From positions 17,670,001 through 17,734,000 of the forward strand of contig OZ260661.1 in the NCBI GenBank assembly GCA_965285935.1: DNA of 64,000 nucleotides, read 5' to 3'. Made by a program: the position numbers and the translations under genes. The stretch is from Ophelia neglecta. Its lineage: Eukaryota. Below are positions 40,808 through 53,300 of the stretch, piece by piece; position 1 is the stretch's first letter; each line of letters begins with the position of its first letter. The notes below the pieces were generated by a model that had not been told where the DNA came from, ran no database searches, and was given only the letters and a program-made list of their open reading frames with translations.

Positions 40808-43800
40808 TGGCCAGTCACAGTGATCATGTCCAGTTGATGTGCAGATTTTGTGGCAGCAAAAATAAAGAAGAAAAACAAACTTTTACAGTGGCAAAGCATA
40901 AAGGGGTTTTGAAAAAAGTGTATTCCATTGATCTAGAAAAGGACCTTTATCCAGATATCCATCCAAATCGTTGCTTTAAGACATGTGACACTAGTCTGAG
41001 GAGGCTTAAAGAAAATTTGTTGAAAAGAAGGGCTGTGGATGCAAAGCATGAGGTGTTTGATTTTAAGGAACATGATTCTGAAAATTGTCCCGTATGTGGA
41101 ATCCCCAAACAAGGAAGCATAGGGGTAGCTTGTGCTTCTTCTGTTGAAGTGCAAAATATGGAAGAGACTAGTCTGTCAATGGAAGATATGCCATCAACCA
41201 GCCATGGTGAACCTGGGGTATCCCGCAAAAATAAATCTATTGCCAGAAAAAGTTTAACCTTTGAAGATCAACCTGAAGAACATACCACTAGAACCGTGTT
41301 TGGTGAAATTGAAATAACCAGTTTTGCTGTCGAAAGGTTCCAAGCACAGAAAATTGCCGAGTTATTTTCCTGTGGCATATGTAAGGGATTTCCTTCATTA
41401 CCCACATCTACACCTTGCGGAAATATTTTTTGTCTGACTTGTATGCAGGCTTGGCAAGGTGGAGCAAACACATGCCCGATGTGTAGGGAAGCCCTTGCTG
41501 AAGGCATAATGGAAAACCTGATACGAGATACGAAGGAAATACGAGATACACAGATACGAAAAATTAAGATTGAGTTAGATTATGACAGGGTTAGGGGTAG
41601 GGTTAAGCTATCAACCTAACTAAATCATAACTTACTTAACCCTTCAAACTAACCCTAACCTAGTCCATATGGCTACGTTTTAAACACCTCGCATCTCGTA
41701 TCTGCGTCTCGTATCTGGTATTTCGTATCAGCTTTTCCAGTATGCCCTTGCTGAAAGTGATCTCACAGACTTGAAAGGACATATTTCACAGTTGTATGAT
41801 TGCTTGACACTTGTGTGTGTTAATGAAGAGGTAGGTAGTCGGTTCACTGGCAGCATCAACCAAATGATTGAACATGAAAAATCATGCAAAGTCAGTGTGG
41901 CCAAAAGAAGTAGAGGATGTGGTTTCAACAAAAAAAGTTTGAAAGACTCTAAGATTACATATGTCAATACATTTAGAATGAAGCCTTGTTTGGAGACAGC
42001 AATCCCTATTATAGACACCTTTTGTGCAGACAACAAAGAAGACAAATATGATGTTATGTTTTACCTCCTGATCAATCATTTAAACCAGGTAAGGCAGTAT
42101 GTAGTCAACAATTTCATCTCCTATTTTTATAGGCTAGGGCAATAAAATGAATTAGTTATTGCCTGAACTTCCTGACTAATTTGGTGATAATTACAATTTA
42201 TAAAAAATCTCGTATATAATGGCAGATGAAACATGTTAATAATGACACCTTCACGTTTAGGAGAGACATGAAAAGTATAGAGGTACGAAAGGTTCGGATG
42301 GGAAGCATGCAGAGTAGCCAGCTAACTACCGAAGAATGTTTAGCCATGAGAGTGGACACCCTTCAGTCCAAAAAAAAACAATACAAAAACCAATATGTTT
42401 TTTGAGAAGTTTTGAAAGGTGTGTTTCAGGTTAATTAAAATAAAACATTGTAATTTATTAGAAAATACTACCAGCTATTCAGCCATGACTTTACAATATT
42501 AATTTCATGTTAATTTGTGGCATGATTCTAACAGTTATATCAGTTTAGTACTGTAGTGTGGGATAACAAACCAGTTTAATTTCTTTTTGCAGTCTCAAGT
42601 ACACAAACCCCTTGCTTAGTCCATATGCAGTTAGCCGAGCTGAATTAGGGTTCATGCCTGCCACTGCCCGTTTTGCTGTGGAGTCGGGTGACGAAGAACT
42701 GGCTTACTATCATACTCCAATCAAACCTCCCAAAAGTGGTACTTCCTTCTCATCTACAGTTGGCATGGGTGCTGATCCAATAAATATTATAGATGACTTC
42801 TTAGTGAGCATCCCCGAAGTACATTCTCTCAACATGGCTGGAGTGAGATGGAGTTATATTGAAGCTCTTGCAAGGACTTTAGAAGAACTGGATTCTGATG
42901 TTGAGTGCAATGTTTGGCCATAGGGTTGTCATCTACGAATAAACTATTTCTAGTTACTGTTAAAGATGGTGCTGATGGCCTTGGTGACATTTCTGTATAT
43001 AAGCAGGTTGGAGATAGGACCCTTCCAGACAAAGCTTTTCGAGCTTCATTCTGTGTTTTGAAGATTGAGATTTTGTTGGACAAAGGTGAAAAAAAATCGG
43101 TCTTTGTAGAGGAAAAGCCTAATTCTATACGCACAAACCGCCCCTATTTACAGGCTGTAGCTAATGAGAATGATAAGGCCTCTTCTGTCACATGTCTTGT
43201 ACCTATGGAGGCTGAAAGGCAATACCTACAGGACAAAGTTCTTAAGGTTGAAGGAGAGAATGGCTGGAAAATGTACAAAGTAGACTTCTACAATTCTATG
43301 ACAGATGAGAAGCTAGATAGGAAGGAGGGTGGATTGGCAGGCAGTGGGTCTGATTACTTGTGCACACTGTGTTATGCAACAAGAGAAAGTGCCAAACAAA
43401 AACTTGGAACATTTTCGATTACCACAAAAGAGGAAACCACAAAAATAGCCCAGTACCTGGAAGAGAACCCAGACAATCTTAGTCAAAAAGAACTTGACAA
43501 TGTTGCTAAGGGAGTTAAAGCAATTCCAATACTGACCAGTGATCCGACTAAACACAACACATGCAGATATTAACAATGGCAGGTTTCTGAAAAATCTAAT
43601 TTGTCGTGAAATAGCCGGAGTTAATAGCTGGAACTTAAGCCAGGACATAAAACCCCTCGTAGATGAAGCTGAGAGAAAATTTGATAGACATTTAAAAGCA
43701 GTGGTTGGTATGAACTCTGCCCTAATGATGCCTGGCAATTATGCTAGAGAAATGTTCAAGGAAGAAAATGAGGCTCATTTATTGCATTTTGTGCCATCCG

Positions 43801-44268
43801 AGCGCAAGACCTTGCCATCTGAATTAATTGCCCAATACAGGTTGATGAGAAAAGTGTACAGAGCTAACCATCCCCTGACAGAGTTTCCAGATTTAGTGCA
43901 GGACTATAAAGACATTTCTGTAAAATTTGGCACTATTTTGCTAGAGTCATTTAGCTATGCCCAATGGCCTAACTACATTCACAAGGTTATTGAACATGCC
44001 CAAGAACTCATTGTAGAAGGCCCTGGAAAAGTAGGTGGGTTGTCAGGAGAAGGAATAGAGGGTGGCAACAAAGTGTTCAGACACTCGCAAGTTGTTGTCT
44101 AGGAAAGGTTGTGTAGAGGATAGCCTGCGTGATGTTTTGGTTTTGCATTGGTTAAACAGCAGCCCTAAATTGTACAAAATATCAAATGTGGCTCATGAAC
44201 AAAAAAGATGTGGAAAATGCTTTGCTTTAGGACACAATTCACATGTGCTAGATGACATTTATACTTAA
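40808..44268 (+). pseudogene. RAG1L: RAG1-like recombinase/transposase, full domain set, disrupted by a MITE and several frameshifts; two probable introns (42089-42260, 42419-42592)
   Basis: CND: CRFCG...DIHPNRCFKTC...HDSENCPVC. RING: CGICKG...TPCGNIFCLTC...CPMC. EECLAMRVDTLQS matches RAG1 AVCLAIRVNTFLS. Core: VKDGADGLGD (D600), EEKPNS, TDEKLDRKEGGLAGSGSDYLCTLC (D708), NYIHKVIEH...GEGIEGGNKVFR (E962), DVLVLHWL. Tail: CGKCFALGHN. Confidence 0.96.
41503..41746. mobile_element. MITE family A inserted in RAG1L just after the RING
   Basis: TSD CTTGCTGAA at 41494-41502 and 41747-41755. Precise removal fuses ORF 40786 with ORF 41771 in frame (REALAE-SDLTDLKGH). Confidence 0.95.
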
Positions 44269-45333
44269 AATTATTACCTCCCGGTGTGTATTTAGGGTGT
44301 TATATTGATAAATGGTTATTTCTTAAAAAGTGTGAAGTCAAAGCAGTGCAATGCATATTGAAAAGTACCATGTTAGCTAGTTGTATGACTAAAGCAAAAT
44401 ATAACAAGTGAAAGATCTATTCTGGTGAATATATAAACTTTGATACCTTTATTACAGCACAATACATGTCATATTGACATCGTGAAGGCTTCAGAGTTCT
44501 TATAAGCTCCCAAGCTTACAAGGAACAAGCCTGTTATGTAAGACTACTTAAAAATATGACAATAAAATGAACAATGTAAAGTCACAATTGGCAATTATTT
44601 ATGTTTAGGTACCGTCGCTGTAAAATCTAGTTATATAGTTAAATTGGGTGCCATCTACTTTCTGCAGCAGCTGTTATTTCAACGGGAACATCCCTATATT
44701 CCGAAGGTCCATATGTCAGTATTTATTTGATTTTTTTAATGGCCTCTAGGCCTCCATTAGTAAAACAGTAAAACATTGTAAGGTTGTACTGTCTTCATTG
44801 ATGTTTTCTTTATCTAAATTTGTTCCAAAAGTGAATTGCTTGCGTGTCAAAATTGGAGTGTTGAAAATTGAGCTTGGCGATATAAATCAAGTATAGTTTG
44901 TAAACATACAGGTAGTATCTGAAATTCTTTCTGTTAGTCTCATAATAAGGCCAGCCTCTCCGGGTTAGCCTAATTTAACTAAATGTCATAACCCCACTTT
45001 AATACAATGATAAAAAGATATCAAGCATGTATTCCTATATGTGCAGTCACCAGATGAAGGGGCCCTACATTATCCCCACGTGAGCTTGTTCCATATACCT
45101 GGAAAAGCACGGCGACGGTGGGTATAGTGATAAGCAGGCAACACCCTGTAGTATGCGGTACAACGCGTAAATTTATCTCATTTACCTATAATTTGGTGGA
45201 TGTATATATACGAGTCTGACATAACGCTTTAACATGGAAATGGCCGGAAAAAAAAGATGTCGACGAAGGGCAAACGGAGAACAACATCTTGAGTTCCCTG
45301 ATCAATTTTCGTTGGGAAAACTGAGAGGTAACT

Positions 45334-45472
45334 GGCATACTGGAAAACCTGATACGAAATACGAAGGAAATACGAGATACACAGATACGAAAAATTAAGA
45401 TTGAGTTGGATTATGACAGGGTAAGGGCTGCGTCTCGTATCTGGTATTTCGTATCAGCTTTTCCAGTATGCC
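45334..45472. mobile_element. MITE family A, internally deleted copy
   Basis: TSD GAGGTAACT at 45325-45333 and 45473-45481. Confidence 0.92.
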
Positions 45473-45699
45473 GAGGTAACTTTAGATTAATAAAGCTTTA
45501 ACAAAATATAGTTTGATTATCGATTATTGATCTTAATTTTTCTTTACATGATACGTTGGTAGCGGTATTGCATTTTTATGTGTAATGCTGTAAATTATGT
45601 ATGTTGATAAAGGTTTTAATTGGGTCTATACAAATCACATATTGGATTCCTAGAAAATTGAGTTAGTAGGGTGTTGGAAACACAAACCATATATATGTA

Positions 45700-45942
45700 G
45701 GCATACTGGAAAACCTGATACGAAATACGAAGGAAAAACGAGATACACAGATACGAAAAATTAAGATTGAGTTGGGTTATGACGGGGTTAGGGGTAGGGT
45801 TAAGCTAGCAACCTAACTAAACCATAACTTACTTTATCCTTCACCCTAACCCTAACCTAGTCCATATGGCTACGTTTTAAACACCTCGTATCTCGTATCT
45901 GCGTCTCGTATCTGGTATTCGTATCAGCTTTTCCAGTATGCC
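45700..45942. mobile_element. MITE family A
   Basis: TSD ATATATGTA at 45691-45699 and 45943-45951. Confidence 0.93.
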
Positions 45943-46633
45943 ATATATGTAGGGTTATAAAGGTAAGGTAAGGTAAGGTTTATTATAACAATAGGCATGA
46001 CAGCCTGTGTGTTACATTTATACAATTTACAAGTAATAATGAGGAATATGCGAGGCGGAGCACAACAACACCCAAATCACCAGGCATATGCATTTCTGAT
46101 TTTAGTAGCCTTCTTTATAAATATGGCTAAGTTATTCAATGTTTTTACATTTTCCACATTAAGTTCTATGTGTCAGTGACAAAACAAGATAGAGAACCAT
46201 TGGGCTACACTGCCAATTTACTTAGGCTTAAAGCAAGATTTACCTTGGGCTGCAAAATAGCCCAGGCAAACGATACATAATATATGAAAATAATTATTAA
46301 GTAACATCAAGCAAAAAATACTAATCATGGGTGGGAGGGAGGGAATTTCACTCAGCCTCCGGCGAGTGCAAACCTGATGTGGACGGCCTTGAACTTAATA
46401 CTGCCAATATCCCAATTCGTCCCACTGGCAACTCGTCACAATCACTTAACCTCAATTAAGTATATATACTATAATTGTCATTTAAGTTCTATGTGTCAGT
46501 GACAAAACAAGATAGAGAACCATTGGGCTACACTGCCAATTTACTTAGGCTTAAAGCAAGATTTACCTTGGGCTGCAAAATAGCCCATAACAAAGCCCAA
46601 GGAAAAGGGGCAAACCATAATATACTAGAATAA

Positions 46634-47605
46634 TTAATGATGGGAACAGACACGGTGTGCCATACTGGCCAAGGATTCCTCCGGTGCCCGAATATAACGC
46701 TGATAAGCCGAACTTGACCAGCGTCCAAGAAGTTTTACTTCCCAATCGCTGAGGCCGGCCGCTGCCGCCGACGTAGCGCTACCCGAGCGAAACGAGTGCC
46801 CACTAAACAAGTCTGGTTGGTAACCTGCCAGAGCCAAATATAACCTTGTGTCCTTCACAAAGGATTCTTTGGAGAGTGCATGTCCATGGTGGAGTAGTAG
46901 GGGCCCTTGAGGATTCCAGCTGCCTGCTGAATGCCTGTAGTCAATGTAACTTAGCATGGCACAGTGTCCACACTCCACGGTACCGGTACATCCTATAATT
47001 ATACGACACCCTTTGTTAAGAGTATCCGATTTGCTTCGACTGAGAAACACAGACATAAAAGGTGGTCCTTTCTTTGTCGTATGGAAGTTCACATCCTGAG
47101 CACAAAGATGAAGGTCGGGTGAAAATGATTTACCCACAGCCACAGTGAGTTCACCTGCACGAAGACATCCAAAAAAGGCCAGCGACATGGCGGGCCACAA
47201 GCAGTTTCCTGACGAGGCTGGCGGAATTAACGGCATAAGTTTACATAGGATATCAAATGTTATTGGCAGTTTCTGCTTTGTAGGGGTCCCAGCGATATCT
47301 AGAGCCCTCAGAGACTTAGCAACACGCACTGAATTCTCCAAAGGGTTGGCATATCCATTTTCTACATGATATGACCGTATTGCGGCGAGGTAGACCCGAA
47401 TTGACCCTGTACGCAAGTTTTGCAGGCTAAGGAAGGAAATAAATCTCAGCAGTGTAGGCTCACTGGCTGGAAGCTTGTCTAAGTTCTACTGGTCACAGAA
47501 ATCCACGAATCGCTTCACCCCAGAAGCATAAGTGTGACGCGTATTAGGTCTCACGCTCTCCCTGATCAAAGTGGCTGCTTGACTGTCAATGGCCTCCAAG
47601 GGCAT
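46634..47605 (-). pseudogene. Tyrosine recombinase of the Ngaro element, with one in-frame stop at 47486-47488
   Basis: AFFGCLRAGE, SKSD, GHSFRSGSAT, LGRWSSSAYQRY. The frame extends upstream to ATG 47605 (MPLEAIDSQAATLIRESVRPNTRHTYASGVKRFVDFCDQ*). Confidence 0.9.
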
Positions 47606-47770
47606 GGCTGAAAAGAGGGACAAGTCACCTTTAATAAAATGCAGGATAGGTCAAGTGTAGAAGAAGAAAACGGCTAAAAGCCCACGCACAAGAGAAGTGC
47701 AACACGTAATTACAGGCGGCATTGCCAGACGCCCAACAGGGCATAGACGTACAGTTAACAAGGTAATCGC

Positions 47771-49585
47771 TCAAATGTTTACTGAGCAGCTGAAATCTCT
47801 AATGTCATTAGGTCTAGAATCCGCCCCTGGGGCCAAGCTATGGAAAAGCGTGATATTCTGTCGGCTGAGGGAATCTGCCAAGACGTTGTCCTGGGTAGGA
47901 ATGTAAATTGCTGTTATTTCAAAGTCACCTTGCGCTGCTACCAGAAAAAGAGCTCTCACCAAGTCCATGATAAGTGAATCTTTACAAGTGCCTGAAGATA
48001 ACACCTGTACAATGCATTGGTTGTCACAGTGGAGGATTATGCGCATTCCCCTCCACAGGTGTCCCCATGCCCTAGCTGCTAGTAGGATGGCATAAAGTTC
48101 TCTCCAGTTGATGCTGCGTTCTCTGAGGGACGCATGTTTGTCTGTGAACGGCATAACATACCACATGTTTCCGAAAACCCCAGCGACTGCCTTGTCACTA
48201 GCGTCTGTGTATAAGTGCAAAGCAGAACTGGAGGTCCAATCCGCTTCATTCATCATGGCTACCCCATTCCAGGATGGTAAGTATCTGAGCCACCAAGCGA
48301 GATCCTTCTTGAACTCCACATTTAGTCTCACTCTGTAGTGTAAATATTTGGCACGGCTGGAGAGACTGATCATACGACGGACAAAGGTTCTCCCCGGGCG
48401 GACCACCCTCGCGACAAACATGAGCTTTCCTACTAAAGACAGGAGTTCGCGTTTCCGGCATGACCTCCTCTCTGTCCAACCAGATAGCTCATTAATGACG
48501 TCTGCAAGTCTTTGTGGTGAAATCCTTAGTTCCATCAGAATTGTGTCCAATATGATACCAAGGAACTCCATGACAGGGGAAGGAGCACATACCTTTGTAG
48601 GGTTCACAGTTAGACACAATTTATCACACACTGAGGTCATGGTGTCGAGGTTACTTTGACACTCCTCCGTGTCTGCCGTACCAGCCGTTACATAATCATC
48701 CAGATAGTGGTCAACAAATGTTACTCCCTGGTACCACATGATGAGCTTTGCAGCATGAGCGATGTCTGTAAATAGTTTCGGGCTGCTACGTAAACCAAAT
48801 TGTAACACGACGTCATAGTAATACTGACGAACCCAGCTGCCAGAAAGAGGGTCAATCATATCGAGAGAATAACCCAGCAGTTCCCAGTCTTCCTTTCTTA
48901 CTGGGACATGCTTGAAGGCGTCAGCCAAGTCCAGTTTGGCAAGGAGGGTACCCTTGCCTCTAGCTACTATATGCCGAACTACGTCGTCCAAAGACAAATA
49001 AGACACGTGAAAGTCTTCTGGGTCAATATGGTCATTTACTGAATCTCCAGGCGGCCATGAAAGGTCGTGAATGACTCGGACTTTATTAGAATTTCTTTTA
49101 CGAAATGCCCCCATAGGTGAACTCACAAAGTTTTCAAATGGTGGGGTGGAGAAGGGGCCAATGGTGGTTCCATAGCACATATCTTTTTGAATGCAATCCT
49201 TAACTTCTTCGAAATATTCCTCCACCGAAGGCCAATTTTTGTGCACTCTAAGTTGTCTGTCTCCCTTGTAGCCAATGTCTACTCCGCTTGCCAGTGCCGT
49301 GTCTATCCGAGAGACAAACTCCCTATCGGGATGGGGACGGAGCCCCTCCAGGAAAGCCTCCCTGTTGAGGTTACGTGGTTTGACAGGGGCACTTGAATTG
49401 AGGTTGGGGTCCGTAGCAGTGCCAACAAACATGCCCTCTGCGGCACTGATCGCCGTTTTGACATCGGCCTCTGTTGAAGTTGAAACACACTTCCTGTGGT
49501 GCCCGCTGATGACTCTCACCTCGTCGGAAGCGTGGTTGTGGAGACGGGGCTGCTGGAAAGGGACATTCTGTGACCAGGTGGTCAC
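47771..49585 (-). CDS. Ngaro reverse transcriptase / RNase H
   Basis: RVIHDLS, KLDLADAFKHVP, FGLRSSPKLF, HYLDDY, YTDAS, INWRELYAI, HCDNQ, NVLADSLSR. Confidence 0.95.
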   Translation of the reverse strand: MTTWSQNVPFQQPRLHNHASDEVRVISGHHRKCVSTSTEADVKTAISAAEGMFVGTATDPNLNSSAPVKPRNLNREAFLEGLRPHPDREFVSRIDTALASGVDIGYKGDRQLRVHKNWPSVEEYFEEVKDCIQKDMCYGTTIGPFSTPPFENFVSSPMGAFRKRNSNKVRVIHDLSWPPGDSVNDHIDPEDFHVSYLSLDDVVRHIVARGKGTLLAKLDLADAFKHVPVRKEDWELLGYSLDMIDPLSGSWVRQYYYDVVLQFGLRSSPKLFTDIAHAAKLIMWYQGVTFVDHYLDDYVTAGTADTEECQSNLDTMTSVCDKLCLTVNPTKVCAPSPVMEFLGIILDTILMELRISPQRLADVINELSGWTERRSCRKRELLSLVGKLMFVARVVRPGRTFVRRMISLSSRAKYLHYRVRLNVEFKKDLAWWLRYLPSWNGVAMMNEADWTSSSALHLYTDASDKAVAGVFGNMWYVMPFTDKHASLRERSINWRELYAILLAARAWGHLWRGMRIILHCDNQCIVQVLSSGTCKDSLIMDLVRALFLVAAQGDFEITAIYIPTQDNVLADSLSRQNITLFHSLAPGADSRPNDIRDFSCSVNI

Positions 49586-49609
49586 AGGCTTTGCAACGGT
49601 GACAGCGCA

Positions 49610-50354
49610 TTAAGGTCGGTTTTAGAGCAGAAGAGTCAAATAATAGTGTCTGAAGTTCTAGGTCAGGTTGTCCAAATAGTAAGCTCTCCCTTTTGCTGAG
49701 TTGCATGCGAAATTGTTGGTCATATGCCAGCACTGTGGGCCAAATGTACCTTTTGTCCCATTCCTGTATTCTGCGCCTGTAGGCCAAACATTGTATGTAG
49801 ATTCCTGGGTCTGACAACACCAAAACTTCTTCATAGGCGTTCCACGCCTGCATCCAAGTGAGAAAATTAGGTACAATTTTACCTTCCTTTCCGCCCTGCT
49901 TACCACCGTGTTGCATTCCCAATTGCGTGGACTCCAGAACTTCTAATAAATTGATGAACTCACCTCTCCTGGCCCTGTCCTTCCAAGAGTGAGGTGGTGC
50001 GGGCGATATTACTGGGGCCGACATTACTGGAGCCGACATTACTGGGGCCGGCGGGCTCGCACTAACTGGCTTTGGCAGAATTTCCGGATAGTCTGGCGAA
50101 ATCGTTTCTAGTTTCTTCATCCTTTCCCCCATATCCTGCAGGCCCACTGTTAGACTGCTCACCTGCTGCAGAATCTCGTGCATCATGCCAATCACTGATT
50201 CCGTAGGGTCAGCTCCTCGGGGTGACGCTCCCGGTTTCCCGCCGCCAGCACTTTTAGGTCTAACATCCGCGTCGCTGGCCGGTCCCATCTGGCATAGCTC
50301 TCCTAAAGGTTTAGGATGGCCTTTCGAGTCCCTACCGCACCTACTGCACTTCAT
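49610..50354 (-). CDS. Ngaro gag-like ORF with CCHC/CCCH fingers
   Basis: CSRCG...H...C, FLTWMQAWNAYEE, LAYDQQFR, CHRCKACDH and a C-terminal CFNFNRGRC...C...HVCWHC motif; overlaps or abuts the RT ORF. Boundaries approximate. Confidence 0.8.
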
Positions 50355-53300
50355 AATCGCCCCTGTCCGACTCTGACAGATCAAATTACGAGCTAGACAG
50401 GACCATTTCACTCAGCCTCCGGCGAGTGCAAACCTGTGGACGGCCTTGAACTTAATACTGCCAATATCCCAATTCGTCCCACTGGCAACTCGTCACAATC
50501 ACTTAACCTCAATTAAGTATATATACTATAATTGTCATTTAAATAATTCAATGAACTTTTGTATACTAGGACGAACCACATAATATCGCGATATATACTT
50601 TGCCCTGATTTCAAAGTACAGACAACATTCTACAATAAAATGATACTCGTCCTCTAACACGTTACATACTAAACATTTTCTCTCATTAAAACTAACTGGT
50701 GGTTTCTTCCAGCTTCCAGATTCAACAAGGAGATCGTGATTTCGGGTTCTAAATCTGCTTAAGACAAATATGTTTCTGTATGACACTTTTGACATATAAA
50801 ATGGTAAACAAATAGGCTTACATATTTCGGTATACAGATTTCCCTTACTAGACCCTTCAAAACCAGAAGACCAGTTTTGTTTATAAGAGTCCAACATCCG
50901 TTGCTTAAAAAGCACTAAACATTGTTTTATATGTCCCACCCCTTGATTTTCCCAGACGAAACCAAACCCATACACAAAGAGCAAGTTTTTCACATTGGTT
51001 GCCCATGTGTCACCACGTGTGTGATCTTTCATAATCATATATATTTTAGAAGACAATTTCTGAATATTTCCGTTAACAAGTGAGAACCAAAATTTCATTA
51101 TTATAAGATTTCGTGTTATAAAAACAGGGTGTCGACCAAGTTCACCATACACAAATTCGTTTTTTGTTGAAGACTTTAAGTGAAGAATCTTTTTACAGAA
51201 CCCAAGATGAACTTTCTCAACGTCTGGGGCTTTATGAAACCCCCAAACTTCAGCTGCATAATGCAAAATTGGCAGGACCAATTTATCAAACAGGTCACAT
51301 AAGTGGTCTGGCCTTAAATCTAACCTATAAGTATACTTAAGTAAACTGAACATTGCCTTTTTTTCTTGATAAGCCAAAGTTTTTTGTGCAAAAGTCCAAG
51401 TACCACTCGCAGAAAATAAAACACCCAAATAGCTTAACTGACCAACAACCTCCAAAGGAATACCTTTATAAATCCAATGATCAGCAGTTGACAAGCGCCC
51501 ACCCTTCCTAAAAACAATTATTTTAGTTTTTATCTGTATTGAGAACTAATTTCCACTGATCACAATAATTTTCTAAATGATTCAAACTATTTTGTAACCC
51601 CCTCGAACTATCAGCCAACAAGGATGCATCATCATCATAAAGAAGAATAAAAAGCTGCAACATTTCTATAGATACGCCAGAAACGCCATTAGCATTTAAG
51701 GTTTCCTCTAAATCGTTAACATACATTGCAAATAGGAATGGGCTTAGGCTTTCACCTTGCCTTACACCAAGGAGACATTCAAAAGTATTTGACATTTGGC
51801 CGTTATAATCACGCACTCTTGATTTAACTACTGAATACATACTTTTGAGGATTTTAAGAATATTTCCTGTGACACCTAACTTTATCAATTTATACCACAG
51901 TCCATCCCGATTTATAAAATCAAATGCTTTACGAAAGTCAATAAAAGCGCAATACAACTTTTGTTTCCCATTTAGAAAGTGTGAAATCAATGCATTTAGA
52001 GTAAAAATAATGTCTACTATACTAAAACCTCTTCTGAATCCAGACTGTCCCTCAATATAAATAGCATATTTTTCTGCCCAAGTATTTAATCTAGTGTCTA
52101 GTATTTTTGTGAAGAGTTTCCCCAGGGTGCTCAACAATGTGATACCTCTATATAATTTTGTACAGACTGTCCCTCAATATAAATAGCATATTTTTCTGCC
52201 CAAGTATTTAATCTAGTGTCTAGTATTTTTGTGAAGAGTTTCCCCAGGGTGCTCAACAATGTGATACCTCTATAATTTTGTACATTATGCACGTTGCCTT
52301 TCTTATGAACTGGAACAACAATACCTTCTGTCCACTGTTCTGGAAAATAACCACTTCTAAAAACAGCATTGAACAGTTGTACTAAATATGGAACCATGAT
52401 GTTGGAACCATATTTGAACAGTTCATTTATAAGTAAGTCTGGACCACTAGACTTGCCATTTTTTAGCTTTTTAAGTACATACAATATCTCCGCATCACCT
52501 ATAGGAAAATTAAGTTCTTGAAACATTTCATTTATATGATGGGTGAAATGATCATCAACAAAATCTGAAATCTCACGCTCTATTTCAAAATCCTCAATTT
52601 TTTCTGGATTACTAACATCTCGGAAAAAGTCATACAACTGATTTATAAATATGTCTGGATTTGATTCCTCCGCGGGTGGTTTAAGTAATTTCCAATATTA
52701 TTTTGGGTTGTCATCTTTGGCTTGTGTAATCAACTTAACTCCGTTTTTATTATATATTTTCTTACACAGATCTGAATGTTTAGAATATTCATTACGAGCA
52801 TCAACCATTGCTGTCCTACTTCCATCGGTCATATTTTGTCTCATAATATTAAGCTTATTCCTAAACTGCTCTTTAAGATTAATACATACATCACACATCC
52901 ATAGAACACAATTATTACAACATTTCTGATTTCCTCTACCTCGACCAGTCACAAAGGTTTTTCCAAAATAAGGCATTGCACAACCCATCAGCGTGTTTGT
53001 GAAACATTGTACCATTATTTATACCATCTTGATTATGTACATTTTCAACACCCAAAAGTGCCTTGGAGAATTTACCAGTGATCTCCGCTTGTCTCAGGGC
53101 CTCAAAATATTGCCCTAATTTGTCTTCATTCCATAACAATTTAGTAGAAATTTTTTCATCAACTTTCAGACGTGAATTTTTCATTTCACAATGCAGCTCG
53201 AATTTTAAAGTACAGTGATCTGATAACACACCTGGGTCACATATACTGAAATTATTCATAAGTTCAAAGTCCTCACATTTACAAAGGACATAGTCAACCA

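Larger units (their letters stand above)
46159..50542 (-). mobile_element. Ngaro-type (DIRS order) tyrosine-recombinase retrotransposon with split direct repeats
   Basis: A1 50405-50542 matches A2 46345-46485; B1 46482-46586 matches B2 46159-46264. Order is gag, RT/RNase H, YR. No methyltransferase seen. Confidence 0.93.

Noticed and set aside
40808-44268. Functional or domesticated RAG1, or a simple Transib
   Set aside because: The MITE insertion and at least four frameshifts argue against function. The CND, RING and linked RAG2L argue against Transib.
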